Below are positions 38,252 through 48,199 of a DNA stretch of 64,000 bases, one piece after another (positions within the stretch are counted from its first letter, which is position 1; each line of letters opens with the position of its first letter). Position numbers and translations under genes: made by a program. This DNA is from Escherichia coli. GTDB lineage: Bacteria; Pseudomonadota; Gammaproteobacteria; Enterobacterales; Enterobacteriaceae. The notes under the pieces were generated by a model that searched no databases, was not told the DNA's origin, and saw only the letters and a list, made by a program, of their open reading frames with translations. The stretch is taken from NCBI RefSeq assembly GCF_022846255.1, contig NZ_AP025682.1. The stretch is one strand, 5' to 3'.

Positions 38252-41200
38252 TCACAGCGCTCGCTCCGGGCAGGCGAAGCGTTGTAATAGTCCGCGATCC
38301 ACTGGGTCAAAATCCCGTCCGGCGGTGATTTCCAGTATCACCCGCCGCCCGTCAAAGCTGTACTCCACCTGCTGTGTTCCCCGTACCGCCGTTTCTTGCG
38401 CTTTTCCCGCATCCAGCAGGTGAAACAGCGCCCACGGTCCATTAGTCAGCAGCGTCGAGGTGTCCTGGCGGATGCGCGGGCTGGCGGTTATTTCCGCCAT
38501 TGAGCCGTTGCGCGGACCCGGCCAGTTCACTTTCAGCGGCCTGACCGGGCCGTGAGCGTAACGCAGTACCTGGCCGTCAATGTCAATCACCAGTTCGGTG
38601 ATGGCCGGGTCCATATCCACGACGCGGACCTGCATCGCCCATGAGAACTTTTTCCCTCCGTCGCCGTTAAAAAACACGCTGCGGATCTGTTTCGCCTCCT
38701 GAAACGGCGTCAGGTCTGGACCCTGTAAGGTCATGTTGCCTTCGGTCGGTTTGTAGCGCCACGGGTTGCTGGCGGTATCCGCCAGTGGGGCCAGTTGCTT
38801 CGTCCAGAAGGCATCCAGCACGCCGCCGCTGGCAAAGATACGGTTAAAATCGTCCGCGCTGACCTCCTGCGGGCTGTCGGTGAAGGGGTAGCGCCCGTCG
38901 ATGGCGTCGCGGCACTCATCACCGATCACCGCCTCCATCTGCGCGTTCAGCACTTCACCGGTGCCGGCGTTGATTTTTCGCGTTCCCTGCTGCGTGAGAT
39001 CCAGCAGAATATTTTTCAGCGGCGCGGGCAGTTTTGCCGCCTCCAGTTGCAGTTTATCCGCCGCAGAAATGCGCCCCGGCAGAGTGCTCGCAGCCAGCGC
39101 ACTGTCGGCAATGGTGAGCTGGGTGTAGTACTCATTGAGCATCGTCAGCAGCGAATTTAATTGCGGCACGCCGCCGCCCTGCCCGCTGTCCGTCTGCCCG
39201 GAAACCACTTCCCGCAGGGCGGCGAAACGGTCATCCACCAGTGATTTTTCCAGCCGCTCTTCCGGGTGAATGTCCTGCAACAGCTTCGCCGTCTGCACCG
39301 CTTTTCCCGCATTGCCGGAGAGCCGGTCCTGCGCGCGCTGGGCCATCTGCTTTTGTCTGGCCTGCGCATTCAGCGGCGGCACCAGCGTGGTCTGCTCCAC
39401 CACCGCTTTACTCAGGCGCATCAGCGGGGAATCCGGCGAGGCCAGAGTACGCAGCACCTGAAGGTCATACGCTAGTCCAGGGCTACCGTCCTCCCCGGCG
39501 CTGTTGATGCTGTGAATGCTTGCCAGAAAATCCTGCCATCGGCGAGCATATTCAGCCAGGTACAGACGACGTACCTCACGGGTAACCGGGAGTTCCTGCC
39601 CCGGCAACTGGCTCATCACAATATCAGTCGTTTTTTTTTGCGCACTTTCCCGGCCCATCACCCAGGCGTCGTCCGCTGATGCGGCGGCGACAAACTCCGA
39701 CAGCCGTTTGTCGAACAGTTCCCGGTAGCCTTCGCGGGTGAAGATGCCGGGCACGCCCCTGTCCAGCGGCGCGCCATCCGTGCGGACAAAAACTGTTCCC
39801 GCATCCGCGCCCACAGCGCGAACCAGCGAAAACTCCTGCGGTGCTTCGCTCTCCATGGAAGCCAGGGCTCGAGTGTAGATACGCTCAGTGCTGGTATGGC
39901 CGTCAAGGAAGGCCCGCGCCTGGCGGATCAGCCCCTCATCTTTTTCCCAGGGCGAATGCACCACGCGGCTGCCGTCAAACAGGGCGTCAATATGCTCCAG
40001 CACGGCTGCGCGACCGCCAAACTCCGCTACGCTGTCGCGGTTGTCCAGATCGTTCAGCACCCAGGCGTGGATCTCCGCCGCGTTGTATTTGTCCTCGTGG
40101 TCCTTATCGAGGTTCAGCAGCAGATAAACATGCAGGGCGTCATAGGCGGCTTTGCTGTCCTGACGCGCAATCGCATCTGAAAGCACGTATTCCATTCGTT
40201 TCACCAGCGGAGGGAGCAGTAGCTGGTCCAGCAGGCGGTCATACAGGGATGCGACACTCTCCATCACCGGCGGGACGCTGTAAAGACCATAACGCCAGGC
40301 CAGCGGCGGCGAGTCCGGGTCCAGCCCCGGCCAGGCAGAGAGCGCCCGCGCCTGGTTCAGCAGGGCCGGAACAGGCTGCATAGCAGGTTTTCCGGTATAG
40401 GCTTTGACATCACCATCCAGTTGGGTCGTCCGGCTGGCGATTTCATTCAGATAACCGCTGTTACCCTGCTGGCTACCCTGCATTCCCTGCCACAACCAGA
40501 AAGCCAGCGCCAATACCAGCAGATGCCCGCCGGTACGCAGCAGGCGATAACGCCAGGCCCATTGAAGATTCGGCTCCACCAGGTGCGCTTCGCGGAAGAT
40601 AAACTGCGTCAGTAGATCGTGCAGGAAATAGCTGCGGTTGCCGTCCGGCAGGGTATGGGATGGGGAATCCGCCTTCCCTTTGATCGCCCGGACAAAACGC
40701 TGCCAGATGCCCGTCTGATCGGCCACCGCGTCTGCCTGCGCCTGCGCGGCACTGGTGAAAAATACGCCGCGCAGGGTGTTGTTAAGCTGGGTAGCATCAA
40801 ATTTTGAATCGAGGAAAATCTGTTCAATAGCTTCCAGCAGCGGCGCACCCAGCGCGGCAAATTCACGCGGGAAGCGGTAGAGCCGCTGACGGCTTTTAAG
40901 GTCATATTCTTCCTGCAACCGGGTATCCAGCCCCTGATCCAGCCGCTGTGTCAGGTTTGCCAGTTCCCGGCCACAGAGCGCATGCAGCGACTGCGGATCG
41001 CTGGCGTGACGCCTGCGGCTGTAAGGCAGGGTGAAGCCCCAGACCTGGGCTCGCAGGTGACTGGTCAACCCACGGAAATACTCCGTAAAGCCCGGCAGCA
41101 GATCCATCTTGGTGACAACCAGATAGACCGGAAAACGAATGCCCAGCGTCTCCCGCAGTTCCGCCAGCCGCGCACGCAGAGCTGCACAGGCAGCCAGCCG

Positions 41201-42118
41201 TTCCGCCGGGGACTGCGCGGTCAGATCCGCCACGTTCAGCGTCAGGATCACGCCGTTGAGCGGTGCGCCGGGGCGGTGTTTACGCAGCAGTCCCAGAAAC
41301 CCCTGCCACTCCCCGGCGTTGCGCTGGGTCGCGCTGATTTCGCCACCGTCATCGTGGCGAGCATAGCGCCCGGCGGTGTCAATAAGCACTGCTTCGTTGG
41401 TAAACCACCAGTCGCAGTGCAGCGTGCCGCCGCCCGGCACGGTGAGAATATGCGCGGTTTGCTCCATCTGCTCCGCCAGCGGAAACTGTAGCCCGGTGTT
41501 AAGCAGCGCGGTGGTTTTACCATCGCCGGGGCTGCCGATAACCATAAACCACGGCAGCTCGTACAGAAAACGCTTTCCTTCCAGGACTTTTCGCCAGCCA
41601 GGAAGATCCACACGCAGTTGTTTCAGTTGCCGGATGGCGCGGTTGACAATATGGCTGACGGTACGCAGGTCGGCTTTAATTTCCCCCTCCACCGGTACGT
41701 CTTCCCCACGCGGATGCAGGAAACGGCGCAGCAGTTGTTCATCCAGACGCAGCGCCCGCCACAGCCGGTACAGGCCATACAGCGCATAAGTCAGCAGGAT
41801 CAGACCGATAAGCGTCAGACGCAGCCACAGCGGCGCAAATGGATGAACATCACCGAGGGACAGCAGGGGTGAAACAAAACCGATGACCAGGCACAGAACC
41901 GTCACGCCAATGATGCTCATCGACCAGTTAACCAGCCACAGTGCGAGGAACATCAGTAACAGAACGATGGTGACTACCCGACTTCCCACAGACGCGAGCG
42001 GATGCACGGTGTCAAACGCCACCAGCGGCCCGATAAACCAGACCAGCAGCGCCAGTACCGCCACGCCGACAACAGCCAGCGCGCGGCGGGAAAACAGCAG
42101 ACTGAGAAATTTTTGCAT
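38252..42118 (-). CDS. tssM: T6SS membrane complex protein TssM (IcmF family)
   Basis: 1288 aa; three N-terminal TM helices, Walker A GSPGDGKTT, IcmF-like periplasmic region. Confidence 0.9.
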   Translation of the reverse strand: MQKFLSLLFSRRALAVVGVAVLALLVWFIGPLVAFDTVHPLASVGSRVVTIVLLLMFLALWLVNWSMSIIGVTVLCLVIGFVSPLLSLGDVHPFAPLWLRLTLIGLILLTYALYGLYRLWRALRLDEQLLRRFLHPRGEDVPVEGEIKADLRTVSHIVNRAIRQLKQLRVDLPGWRKVLEGKRFLYELPWFMVIGSPGDGKTTALLNTGLQFPLAEQMEQTAHILTVPGGGTLHCDWWFTNEAVLIDTAGRYARHDDGGEISATQRNAGEWQGFLGLLRKHRPGAPLNGVILTLNVADLTAQSPAERLAACAALRARLAELRETLGIRFPVYLVVTKMDLLPGFTEYFRGLTSHLRAQVWGFTLPYSRRRHASDPQSLHALCGRELANLTQRLDQGLDTRLQEEYDLKSRQRLYRFPREFAALGAPLLEAIEQIFLDSKFDATQLNNTLRGVFFTSAAQAQADAVADQTGIWQRFVRAIKGKADSPSHTLPDGNRSYFLHDLLTQFIFREAHLVEPNLQWAWRYRLLRTGGHLLVLALAFWLWQGMQGSQQGNSGYLNEIASRTTQLDGDVKAYTGKPAMQPVPALLNQARALSAWPGLDPDSPPLAWRYGLYSVPPVMESVASLYDRLLDQLLLPPLVKRMEYVLSDAIARQDSKAAYDALHVYLLLNLDKDHEDKYNAAEIHAWVLNDLDNRDSVAEFGGRAAVLEHIDALFDGSRVVHSPWEKDEGLIRQARAFLDGHTSTERIYTRALASMESEAPQEFSLVRAVGADAGTVFVRTDGAPLDRGVPGIFTREGYRELFDKRLSEFVAAASADDAWVMGRESAQKKTTDIVMSQLPGQELPVTREVRRLYLAEYARRWQDFLASIHSINSAGEDGSPGLAYDLQVLRTLASPDSPLMRLSKAVVEQTTLVPPLNAQARQKQMAQRAQDRLSGNAGKAVQTAKLLQDIHPEERLEKSLVDDRFAALREVVSGQTDSGQGGGVPQLNSLLTMLNEYYTQLTIADSALAASTLPGRISAADKLQLEAAKLPAPLKNILLDLTQQGTRKINAGTGEVLNAQMEAVIGDECRDAIDGRYPFTDSPQEVSADDFNRIFASGGVLDAFWTKQLAPLADTASNPWRYKPTEGNMTLQGPDLTPFQEAKQIRSVFFNGDGGKKFSWAMQVRVVDMDPAITELVIDIDGQVLRYAHGPVRPLKVNWPGPRNGSMAEITASPRIRQDTSTLLTNGPWALFHLLDAGKAQETAVRGTQQVEYSFDGRRVILEITAGRDFDPVDRGLLQRFACPERAL

Positions 42119-42445
42119 TATTGTTCAGAACTCCACATTGTAATCATCAACAATAAAAGGCCACAAGCTGAAAATGTTTTCCCGATTCAGCACAAAAAAA
42201 TAGATGGCGATCCGAAACATCACTAAACCTGAAAAATAAAATTTCGCAGCATCATTTTATTTACATCATCACGCAACAACGTTGTCATTATAAGGTTTAT
42301 GCTCAATATTTTAATTTATATACAAAATCATTCGAGTTGCATCAAGGCGGCAAGCGAGAGGATCCCGAATCATTTATTCCGGTAAGTGACTCGGGTGAAC
42401 GAGTGCAGTCAACGCAGAGGCAACCTGAAGGATAAGGTGTATACA

Positions 42446-42901
42446 TCAAAATTCTCTGGATAGAATAATATAGCCATTGAATCTTACGGAACACTCATTT
42501 TCATTAATAAGGCCGGATGCAATAAAAACATCTTTCCCTCTGTCATTGTTAATATAGGTATATTTTGCCACAATAGACTTGGCATGATTTTCATAGTAGC
42601 TATCAAAATACGATTTTTCATCTAACATTGCCTTCTTATTTCTGGCTTTGTCCTTCTCATAATCAATCTTAGCCAGAGACTCTGCATAAAACTTAGACAC
42701 AGGAGAAACATCAAGAACTTCTACCCTTGTTTTATCTCTTAAAATAGTAGAAGAATTTATATTCAAATCACTTTTCATTGCATCAAATAACGACAACTCT
42801 ATTGAGGCTCCAACCGTAGCGCAACCATCATTTTGTGCATATGAAATTGCAGGTATGCCAGCTAACAGGCAGATTATTACCTTGAACATATTAGTCCTCA
42901 A
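42446..42901 (-). CDS. Secreted protein, candidate immunity protein for the L,D-transpeptidase-like effector
   Basis: Signal peptide (MFKVIICLLAGIPAISYA); overlaps the upstream effector gene. Confidence 0.5.
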   Translation of the reverse strand: MRTNMFKVIICLLAGIPAISYAQNDGCATVGASIELSLFDAMKSDLNINSSTILRDKTRVEVLDVSPVSKFYAESLAKIDYEKDKARNKKAMLDEKSYFDSYYENHAKSIVAKYTYINNDRGKDVFIASGLINENECSVRFNGYIILSREF

Positions 42902-43259
42902 CCACTAATATTTTATCAGTACTGGCAGCAATAACCTTGCGATAAGGTAAATCCAGAATTATACAGCCATCAGAGGCTTCTCCTGGATGGGCTGAACTCT
43001 CTCCGTGTATCATGAAACCGTCACGCCCGCACATTTGATTTTCGGGGTAAGGCGTGAGCCTCATCGTCCATGCTCTTGTTCTGGCATGAAAAAATGCAAG
43101 TCCAATTGTATATGTACCTCTTGGCAATGGTCCCTTATCTCTTACACACTCATTAACAGAGTCATCTTTAAAACCCGGTCTGCCAGAATATCTGGCATTG
43201 AACTGATAGCTACCATTTAAATAAAATGAACGTGCATTAATTTTGTATACCCAAGGCAT
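42891..43259 (-). CDS. YkuD/L,D-transpeptidase-fold protein, Tlde1-like candidate T6SS effector
   Basis: FMIHGESSAHPGEASDGCIIL matches the YkuD catalytic H...SxGC motif; between tssL and tssM. Confidence 0.6.
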   Translation of the reverse strand: MPWVYKINARSFYLNGSYQFNARYSGRPGFKDDSVNECVRDKGPLPRGTYTIGLAFFHARTRAWTMRLTPYPENQMCGRDGFMIHGESSAHPGEASDGCIILDLPYRKVIAASTDKILVVED

Positions 43260-43350
43260 TACACAATCTCCTTTTTGTTAAAAAATAATAGTCAGATCAG
43301 AACACCATATTTTATTGTTAGTTTTCTGACCTAACCATAGTCATATTAAT

Positions 43351-44667
43351 TCACTCCACCACCAGAATTTCCACCCGACGGTTCTGCGCCCGTCCGGTTT
43401 TAGTGCGGTTATCGGTCACCGGTACGGTATCTCCTTTCCCGACAACCCGGATCCGGCGGGCCGGAATACCATCGGACGTCAGCAGTGAAGCCACTTCCGC
43501 CGCCCGTTTTTCCGACAATACCTGGTTGGACGGGAATTCAGCGGAGTGGATCGGCTGGCTGTCCGTGTGGCCGGTCACCGTCACCGCGCCCCCCACACGC
43601 GCAATCTCACGCGCGGCCTTGTCAATCACCGGGCGCAGCGCATCATTCACGGTTTTCTGCCCCGGTATAAACATCGTATCGCCACGAAAAATTACACGGC
43701 TGTGATGGTCATCTTCCTCCACCGTCAGCAGGCCACGGGCGATTTCGTTCGCCAGCAGGATTTTCAACCGCAGTTTATGCACCGGAACGGGTGGCGGAGG
43801 AAGATTTTTACCAATGGCGTCGATACGCTGTTGTACGGTTTCGGTGGCGAGGTTCATCCGGTGGCTGTAAAGGCCAAACAGCGTCAGCATCACCAGCAGG
43901 GCGATTCCGGCGCTCAGCCAGACCGGCACCCGGCGCATCCGCCGCATTCGCCCACTGACGGCACCGGCAAAACCCGGCGAGAGCGTCGGCGTGATCGGAT
44001 CGCGACGCTGGACCAGTTGAGTCAGCAGTTGCTGGCGGATATCGTCCAGTTGTTTACGCCCGTCAGGCCGTACACTGTAGCGGCCTTCAAAACCCAGTCC
44101 CAGAATGTGGTAAATGATTTCCAGTACATCGCTGTGCTCCTGGAAGCTGGCGGCCAGACGCCCGATTATCTGAAACAGCTTGATGCCGCCTTCACTTTCG
44201 CCATGAAAAGTCACCAGCAGGCTCTTCCCGGCCCAGACACCGCGTCGCCCCCAGACGGTGTTGTTGGCAGCTTCATCCAGCGCCGTGCACACGCAGTAAC
44301 GTACCGCCAGCACATGTTCGCGGCGCAGGTTTGCCTGGTCGCACAGCGTCTGATACCGGCGGACTTCACGCTCCAGTAGGGCGCGATAATGTTCGACAAA
44401 ACCAGGGGAAAGTTCACGGGGCATTTGCGCCAGCGCGCATAACAGAGGGCTGGCCGCCGCCAGAAGAGGATTCACAGCAGCAGTGATCTCAGCCAAGCGG
44501 AGCTTCAAATCTGGCCCGTCTTCAACCACCATTTTTATATCTTCCCTGCGAAGGCTGTCCTGGACGAGCGTATCGTAACCGTCATTATCAGGCGACCTTG
44601 TTCCCCTCATTGAAGGCTGTAATTGCAGGGTATTCACCGCAGGTTGCGTCAGAATATCGTCGGTCAT
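43351..44667 (-). CDS. tssL: T6SS membrane complex protein TssL (DotU) with C-terminal OmpA-like peptidoglycan-binding domain
   Basis: 438 aa; DotU-like N-terminal domain, TM helix, OmpA-like C-terminus (TDSQP...NRRVEI). Confidence 0.85.
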   Translation of the reverse strand: MTDDILTQPAVNTLQLQPSMRGTRSPDNDGYDTLVQDSLRREDIKMVVEDGPDLKLRLAEITAAVNPLLAAASPLLCALAQMPRELSPGFVEHYRALLEREVRRYQTLCDQANLRREHVLAVRYCVCTALDEAANNTVWGRRGVWAGKSLLVTFHGESEGGIKLFQIIGRLAASFQEHSDVLEIIYHILGLGFEGRYSVRPDGRKQLDDIRQQLLTQLVQRRDPITPTLSPGFAGAVSGRMRRMRRVPVWLSAGIALLVMLTLFGLYSHRMNLATETVQQRIDAIGKNLPPPPVPVHKLRLKILLANEIARGLLTVEEDDHHSRVIFRGDTMFIPGQKTVNDALRPVIDKAAREIARVGGAVTVTGHTDSQPIHSAEFPSNQVLSEKRAAEVASLLTSDGIPARRIRVVGKGDTVPVTDNRTKTGRAQNRRVEILVVE

Positions 44668-46007
44668 TTATCGCGAACTCCCCACAGCTCCAGCTCCAGC
44701 CCTGGAAACTCTCCGGCGGTATGCATTGCCATGCCACCATAGCGGGCGATATGTTCCCACAACACGCCGTCGCGGCGGATGTCGTAATAGATGTAACCGG
44801 ACTGGAACGGGATCTGACGCGGTGGCACTGGCAGCACCTGTAGAACAAGACCAGGAAGGTGCGAGCGAATCAGTTCCGGCAGGCGTTCTGATGGCCCTAT
44901 TTTGGTCTGAGCCGAAAAATGTTGTAGTAAGGTGTCGGCGGACATCTGTGCCTTCACCGCCAATACTAACGAGCTGAAATCTGACAGTTCGGTAGGTTCA
45001 ACCACCGCATTGAGAATACCGTAAGTTCCCTCTTCCAGAGGGATTCGCTGCGCCCCACGTATTAGCACAGCATTCAGCAGATACTGAACCTCGTCCACCA
45101 CCGATTTCAGCCCGGCATAGGGCGTCAGGTGCTTATATTCTTTATATTCTTCCGGACGACGTGTTTGCGGACGCACGTAGGTAGAGAGTTCTCCGGCCAG
45201 TGCGCAGAGGTTACGATAGAGTACTTCAGGCGATAGCGGCGTTTTCGACATATGGATCAATAAGGGGCCGAAACGATTAAGAACTTGCAGAAGCAGGTAA
45301 TCCGACACTTCCGCCGCTTCATGACCGTGTTTGTCGCTCCCCGTCAATCGTTCCGCCAGCGAATCTGCACGCATTTTTATCAGATCGTTAATCCACGACA
45401 GCCAGGTACATATCAGCGTACTGGCCTGGTAGTTCGCCACTGGCGGGATCAACTCTTTGTCTATATCGACCCGACCATCGGGATGCAGCGCCGTGATGCG
45501 CGTCAGCGGCAGGCCGATCCACGCGTCTGTCACCGCCTTTTCCGGTAACAGTCGCAAGCGCAGGTGGCTAAGTTGCAGCAGTTGCGCGCCTCGCCCCAGC
45601 GAATTGGCATCACGGATTTCACTTTCATGTACCGAAAAACGTGCCAGTGATTCAGGGTTATTGTCGAAACTGGTTTCTTCACTGTTCGGCGTACGTATTG
45701 GCACAGCCAGATAAATCAACTGGTTAAGATGTTCTGGAAGGATGGTCAGAGGCGGCGGGAGTGGTGTATGACCCGGCGCATTAAAAGGTGTACCGTCAGC
45801 AAATACCCCGGAAGCCTTCGTAAGTACCAGTTTTCCGATGTTCAGCGCCTCACTACCAATACCATACTCATTGAAGCCCCAGTAAAAAGGTGAAAGAGGC
45901 AAACTGCGATAATGAATGACATGTTCCAGATAGCGTTCCTGCTGCTGAAACATCTGTGGCAACAAAAATTGTCCTTCACTCCAGACCACCCGGTTATTCC
46001 AACTCAT
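44664..46007 (-). CDS. tssK: T6SS baseplate protein TssK
   Basis: 447 aa; N-terminus MSWNNRVVWSEGQFLLPQMFQQQERY typical of TssK. Confidence 0.9.
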   Translation of the reverse strand: MSWNNRVVWSEGQFLLPQMFQQQERYLEHVIHYRSLPLSPFYWGFNEYGIGSEALNIGKLVLTKASGVFADGTPFNAPGHTPLPPPLTILPEHLNQLIYLAVPIRTPNSEETSFDNNPESLARFSVHESEIRDANSLGRGAQLLQLSHLRLRLLPEKAVTDAWIGLPLTRITALHPDGRVDIDKELIPPVANYQASTLICTWLSWINDLIKMRADSLAERLTGSDKHGHEAAEVSDYLLLQVLNRFGPLLIHMSKTPLSPEVLYRNLCALAGELSTYVRPQTRRPEEYKEYKHLTPYAGLKSVVDEVQYLLNAVLIRGAQRIPLEEGTYGILNAVVEPTELSDFSSLVLAVKAQMSADTLLQHFSAQTKIGPSERLPELIRSHLPGLVLQVLPVPPRQIPFQSGYIYYDIRRDGVLWEHIARYGGMAMHTAGEFPGLELELWGVRDK

Positions 46008-46010
46008 AAT

Positions 46011-46565
46011 TTACTCATCCCGTTCTTTAATCACTATGGCGCTTTGCTCTATGCCAGCATCCAGTTCGACTTTTTTCTTTGGCATAAAGCGGCTGTACCA
46101 ACTTTTTTCCGGTGGATCAGGAATTTTATATGTAGCCCGCCAGACCGATTTTCCCAGATTGCGGTATCCGGCGAGGATCCCCAGCGTGGTAGTTTCCTTA
46201 TTGAGGGCGCGGCGTAATTTTTTCTCCTCGCCCGGACGCAGGATAAAGCTGTCGCGGTGGAGTAAATCATCGGCAAGAACAGCCTTGTCATTGTCCTGAA
46301 GGGACCACCAGTCCGCCGCCGTGAAAGCTGCATCAATTTTCAGTTCATAAACGCGTATCTCTATGGGCGCGGCTTTTTTCTGATTGTCAGGATTCACCTT
46401 ATCGGAAGCCTTAATCACCAGATCGAGTCTTTGTGACATCAGGTCCGGCACGTCGTCGCTGTCAATGCTGCACCCGGAAAGCAGGAAGACAAAAGACAAA
46501 GCTACCGCACATAACCACCCACCGGGGTTACGCCATTTATTCACTGTAATTTCCTTTAAAATCAA
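46011..46565 (-). CDS. tssJ: T6SS outer-membrane lipoprotein TssJ
   Basis: Lipobox LLSGC; size and position between hcp and tssK. Confidence 0.8.
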   Translation of the reverse strand: MILKEITVNKWRNPGGWLCAVALSFVFLLSGCSIDSDDVPDLMSQRLDLVIKASDKVNPDNQKKAAPIEIRVYELKIDAAFTAADWWSLQDNDKAVLADDLLHRDSFILRPGEEKKLRRALNKETTTLGILAGYRNLGKSVWRATYKIPDPPEKSWYSRFMPKKKVELDAGIEQSAIVIKERDE

Positions 46566-46611
46566 ATAATAAAAACCGGCCAGGCTATATACCTGGCCGG
46601 GAAAATGTTGC

Positions 46612-47103
46612 TTAAATTTCTTTGTTAGCTTTGAAATCGTAACCTGCCGTGATAGTGCCGCCGCTGCCGCCCTGCTGGTTCTGCACCACGTATTCCTGCT
46701 TCACGGTGCTGAAAGATAGTTCGACTCTCTCGCGGGAGGCGATCTCACCCTCCTTACTACCACTGGGGGAAACAACAGCCACAATCAGGTCAGTGAAGGT
46801 ATATTTGAGGTATTCCAGCGGATTGCCGCCTGCTTTGCGCATGACAAGGATGGACTTCGGAATATGCTTACCAGAGGCGCAGTATTTGAACAGGTTCGGG
46901 CTAGCGCGATCGATGTAATGTTCAAACTCCAGGTTAGTCACGGAGACTTTGCCGGATCCCAGACCGCTACCTGCGTGCATGGTGGACTCCTGGTGGATAT
47001 TCCAGCGCCAGCTCAGCACCTCAATTTCATTTTTATGTTTGTCATCCATTGACTCGCCGTCAATGCCGTCAATTTTCAGAAAAATGTCATAAGCCATTTT
47101 CAT
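46612..47103 (-). CDS. hcp: T6SS tube protein Hcp (TssD)
   Basis: 163 aa; N-terminus MAYDIFLKIDGIDGES... and overall Hcp pattern. Confidence 0.9.
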   Translation of the reverse strand: MKMAYDIFLKIDGIDGESMDDKHKNEIEVLSWRWNIHQESTMHAGSGLGSGKVSVTNLEFEHYIDRASPNLFKYCASGKHIPKSILVMRKAGGNPLEYLKYTFTDLIVAVVSPSGSKEGEIASRERVELSFSTVKQEYVVQNQQGGSGGTITAGYDFKANKEI

Positions 47104-47276
47104 TTCCTTATTAAGAATTACTTAAAATAATCCCTGGTTTATCTTCGCATATGAATTCAGGTAAACCATGGCCGTACAGAACCCCCTCTCCTTAATTTCA
47201 GAAGAATAGAAGGCTGTATAATTTCCGGTAATGAGATACCGGCACGTCATTAATTCACAAAATGAATGTATTACCT

Positions 47277-47729
47277 CTATTTACATGTCACAGATACCGA
47301 TGACTCTCCTGGTACCCGCTGCCCCGGCAAAGAAGATGCCTGGCACTGTGTCGCCAATGCAGGGACCGGTTGTGATAACCAAACCTGTCCATGGTTATAA
47401 ATACAGGAAACCCAGTAACGTTCACTATTCTGATTACTGGCCATTGTGGTATCCCATATTTGCCTGGTTTCACCCTTTATTGTCTCTGTCTCTGGTTTTA
47501 GATCCACCCGATTTTCAGGTTTTCCCTGCGACATCCCTACCCCGTCCAACCACAGACGGGGTTCATAGCGGGAAGATCTCTGCCACGATGCAGATATATC
47601 TGGCTCCAGTACTGTTGTTGAGGATTTTATATTGATAAACACGGGGCAACTGACTTCCCACGCAGTAACAAATTGTGAATAAAACAACATAAAACCCAAC
47701 AACAGAGAAAAAATAAAACGTGTCCCCAT
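47277..47729 (-). CDS. Secreted Cys-containing protein, candidate immunity protein
   Basis: Signal peptide (MGTRFIFSLLLGFMLFYSQFVTA); follows a small effector-like ORF. Confidence 0.45.
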   Translation of the reverse strand: MGTRFIFSLLLGFMLFYSQFVTAWEVSCPVFINIKSSTTVLEPDISASWQRSSRYEPRLWLDGVGMSQGKPENRVDLKPETETIKGETRQIWDTTMASNQNSERYWVSCIYNHGQVWLSQPVPALATQCQASSLPGQRVPGESSVSVTCK

Positions 47730-47741
47730 TGAATCTATCCT

Positions 47742-48149
47742 CTACTCAATAATATAAAAAGCTTCCGCATTATTACTGGCATCAGGATATGTTCCATCGC
47801 TGCGCATTCCACCTTTTCGGGAAATAGGGCGTGCAGAGACTTTCGTGGTTTTACCTGTCCACTGGTCCATAACATAAATATACTGACTATCCTGTTCCAG
47901 ATAGAAAGCGGCATGCTTATGCTCATTCTGCCTCGAGGGATACTTTCCGTTAACAAAAGTGGCAATTGCTGTTCCTCTGGGGATCGATTTATCCCCAAAA
48001 ACCTTTCGCCCCTGCTTCCAGGCTCCAGTATTCCCCACATGTGCATATACCTGAACTAAGAACACACATTCCTTTCTGTCTCCTGCCCCCGCCATTCCCA
48101 CCATGTCAGTGCCCTGCAATGAATCTACCAGTCCATAAACATATGCCAT
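47742..48149 (-). CDS. Small putative T6SS effector (unassigned family) between tssC and hcp
   Basis: 135 aa, no signal peptide, single Cys (ECVFLV) and His cluster (NEHKH); sits where SPI-6-type clusters carry tae/tai cassettes. Confidence 0.4.
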   Translation of the reverse strand: MAYVYGLVDSLQGTDMVGMAGAGDRKECVFLVQVYAHVGNTGAWKQGRKVFGDKSIPRGTAIATFVNGKYPSRQNEHKHAAFYLEQDSQYIYVMDQWTGKTTKVSARPISRKGGMRSDGTYPDASNNAEAFYIIE

Positions 48150-48199
48150 ATATCCCCCAGAGTATTACCCGGCATCATTCATTAAAATATTCATAAAAA

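Noticed and set aside
38252-42118. Many short ORFs on both strands inside tssM (e.g. 38795-39160, 39841-40383, 41248-41613)
   Set aside because: Embedded in a long, well-supported TssM reading frame; GC-rich alternative frames
42119-42445. 330-bp AT-rich gap upstream of tssM considered as a small RNA or riboswitch
   Set aside because: No convincing conserved structure or terminator by eye; more simply an internal promoter/leader region
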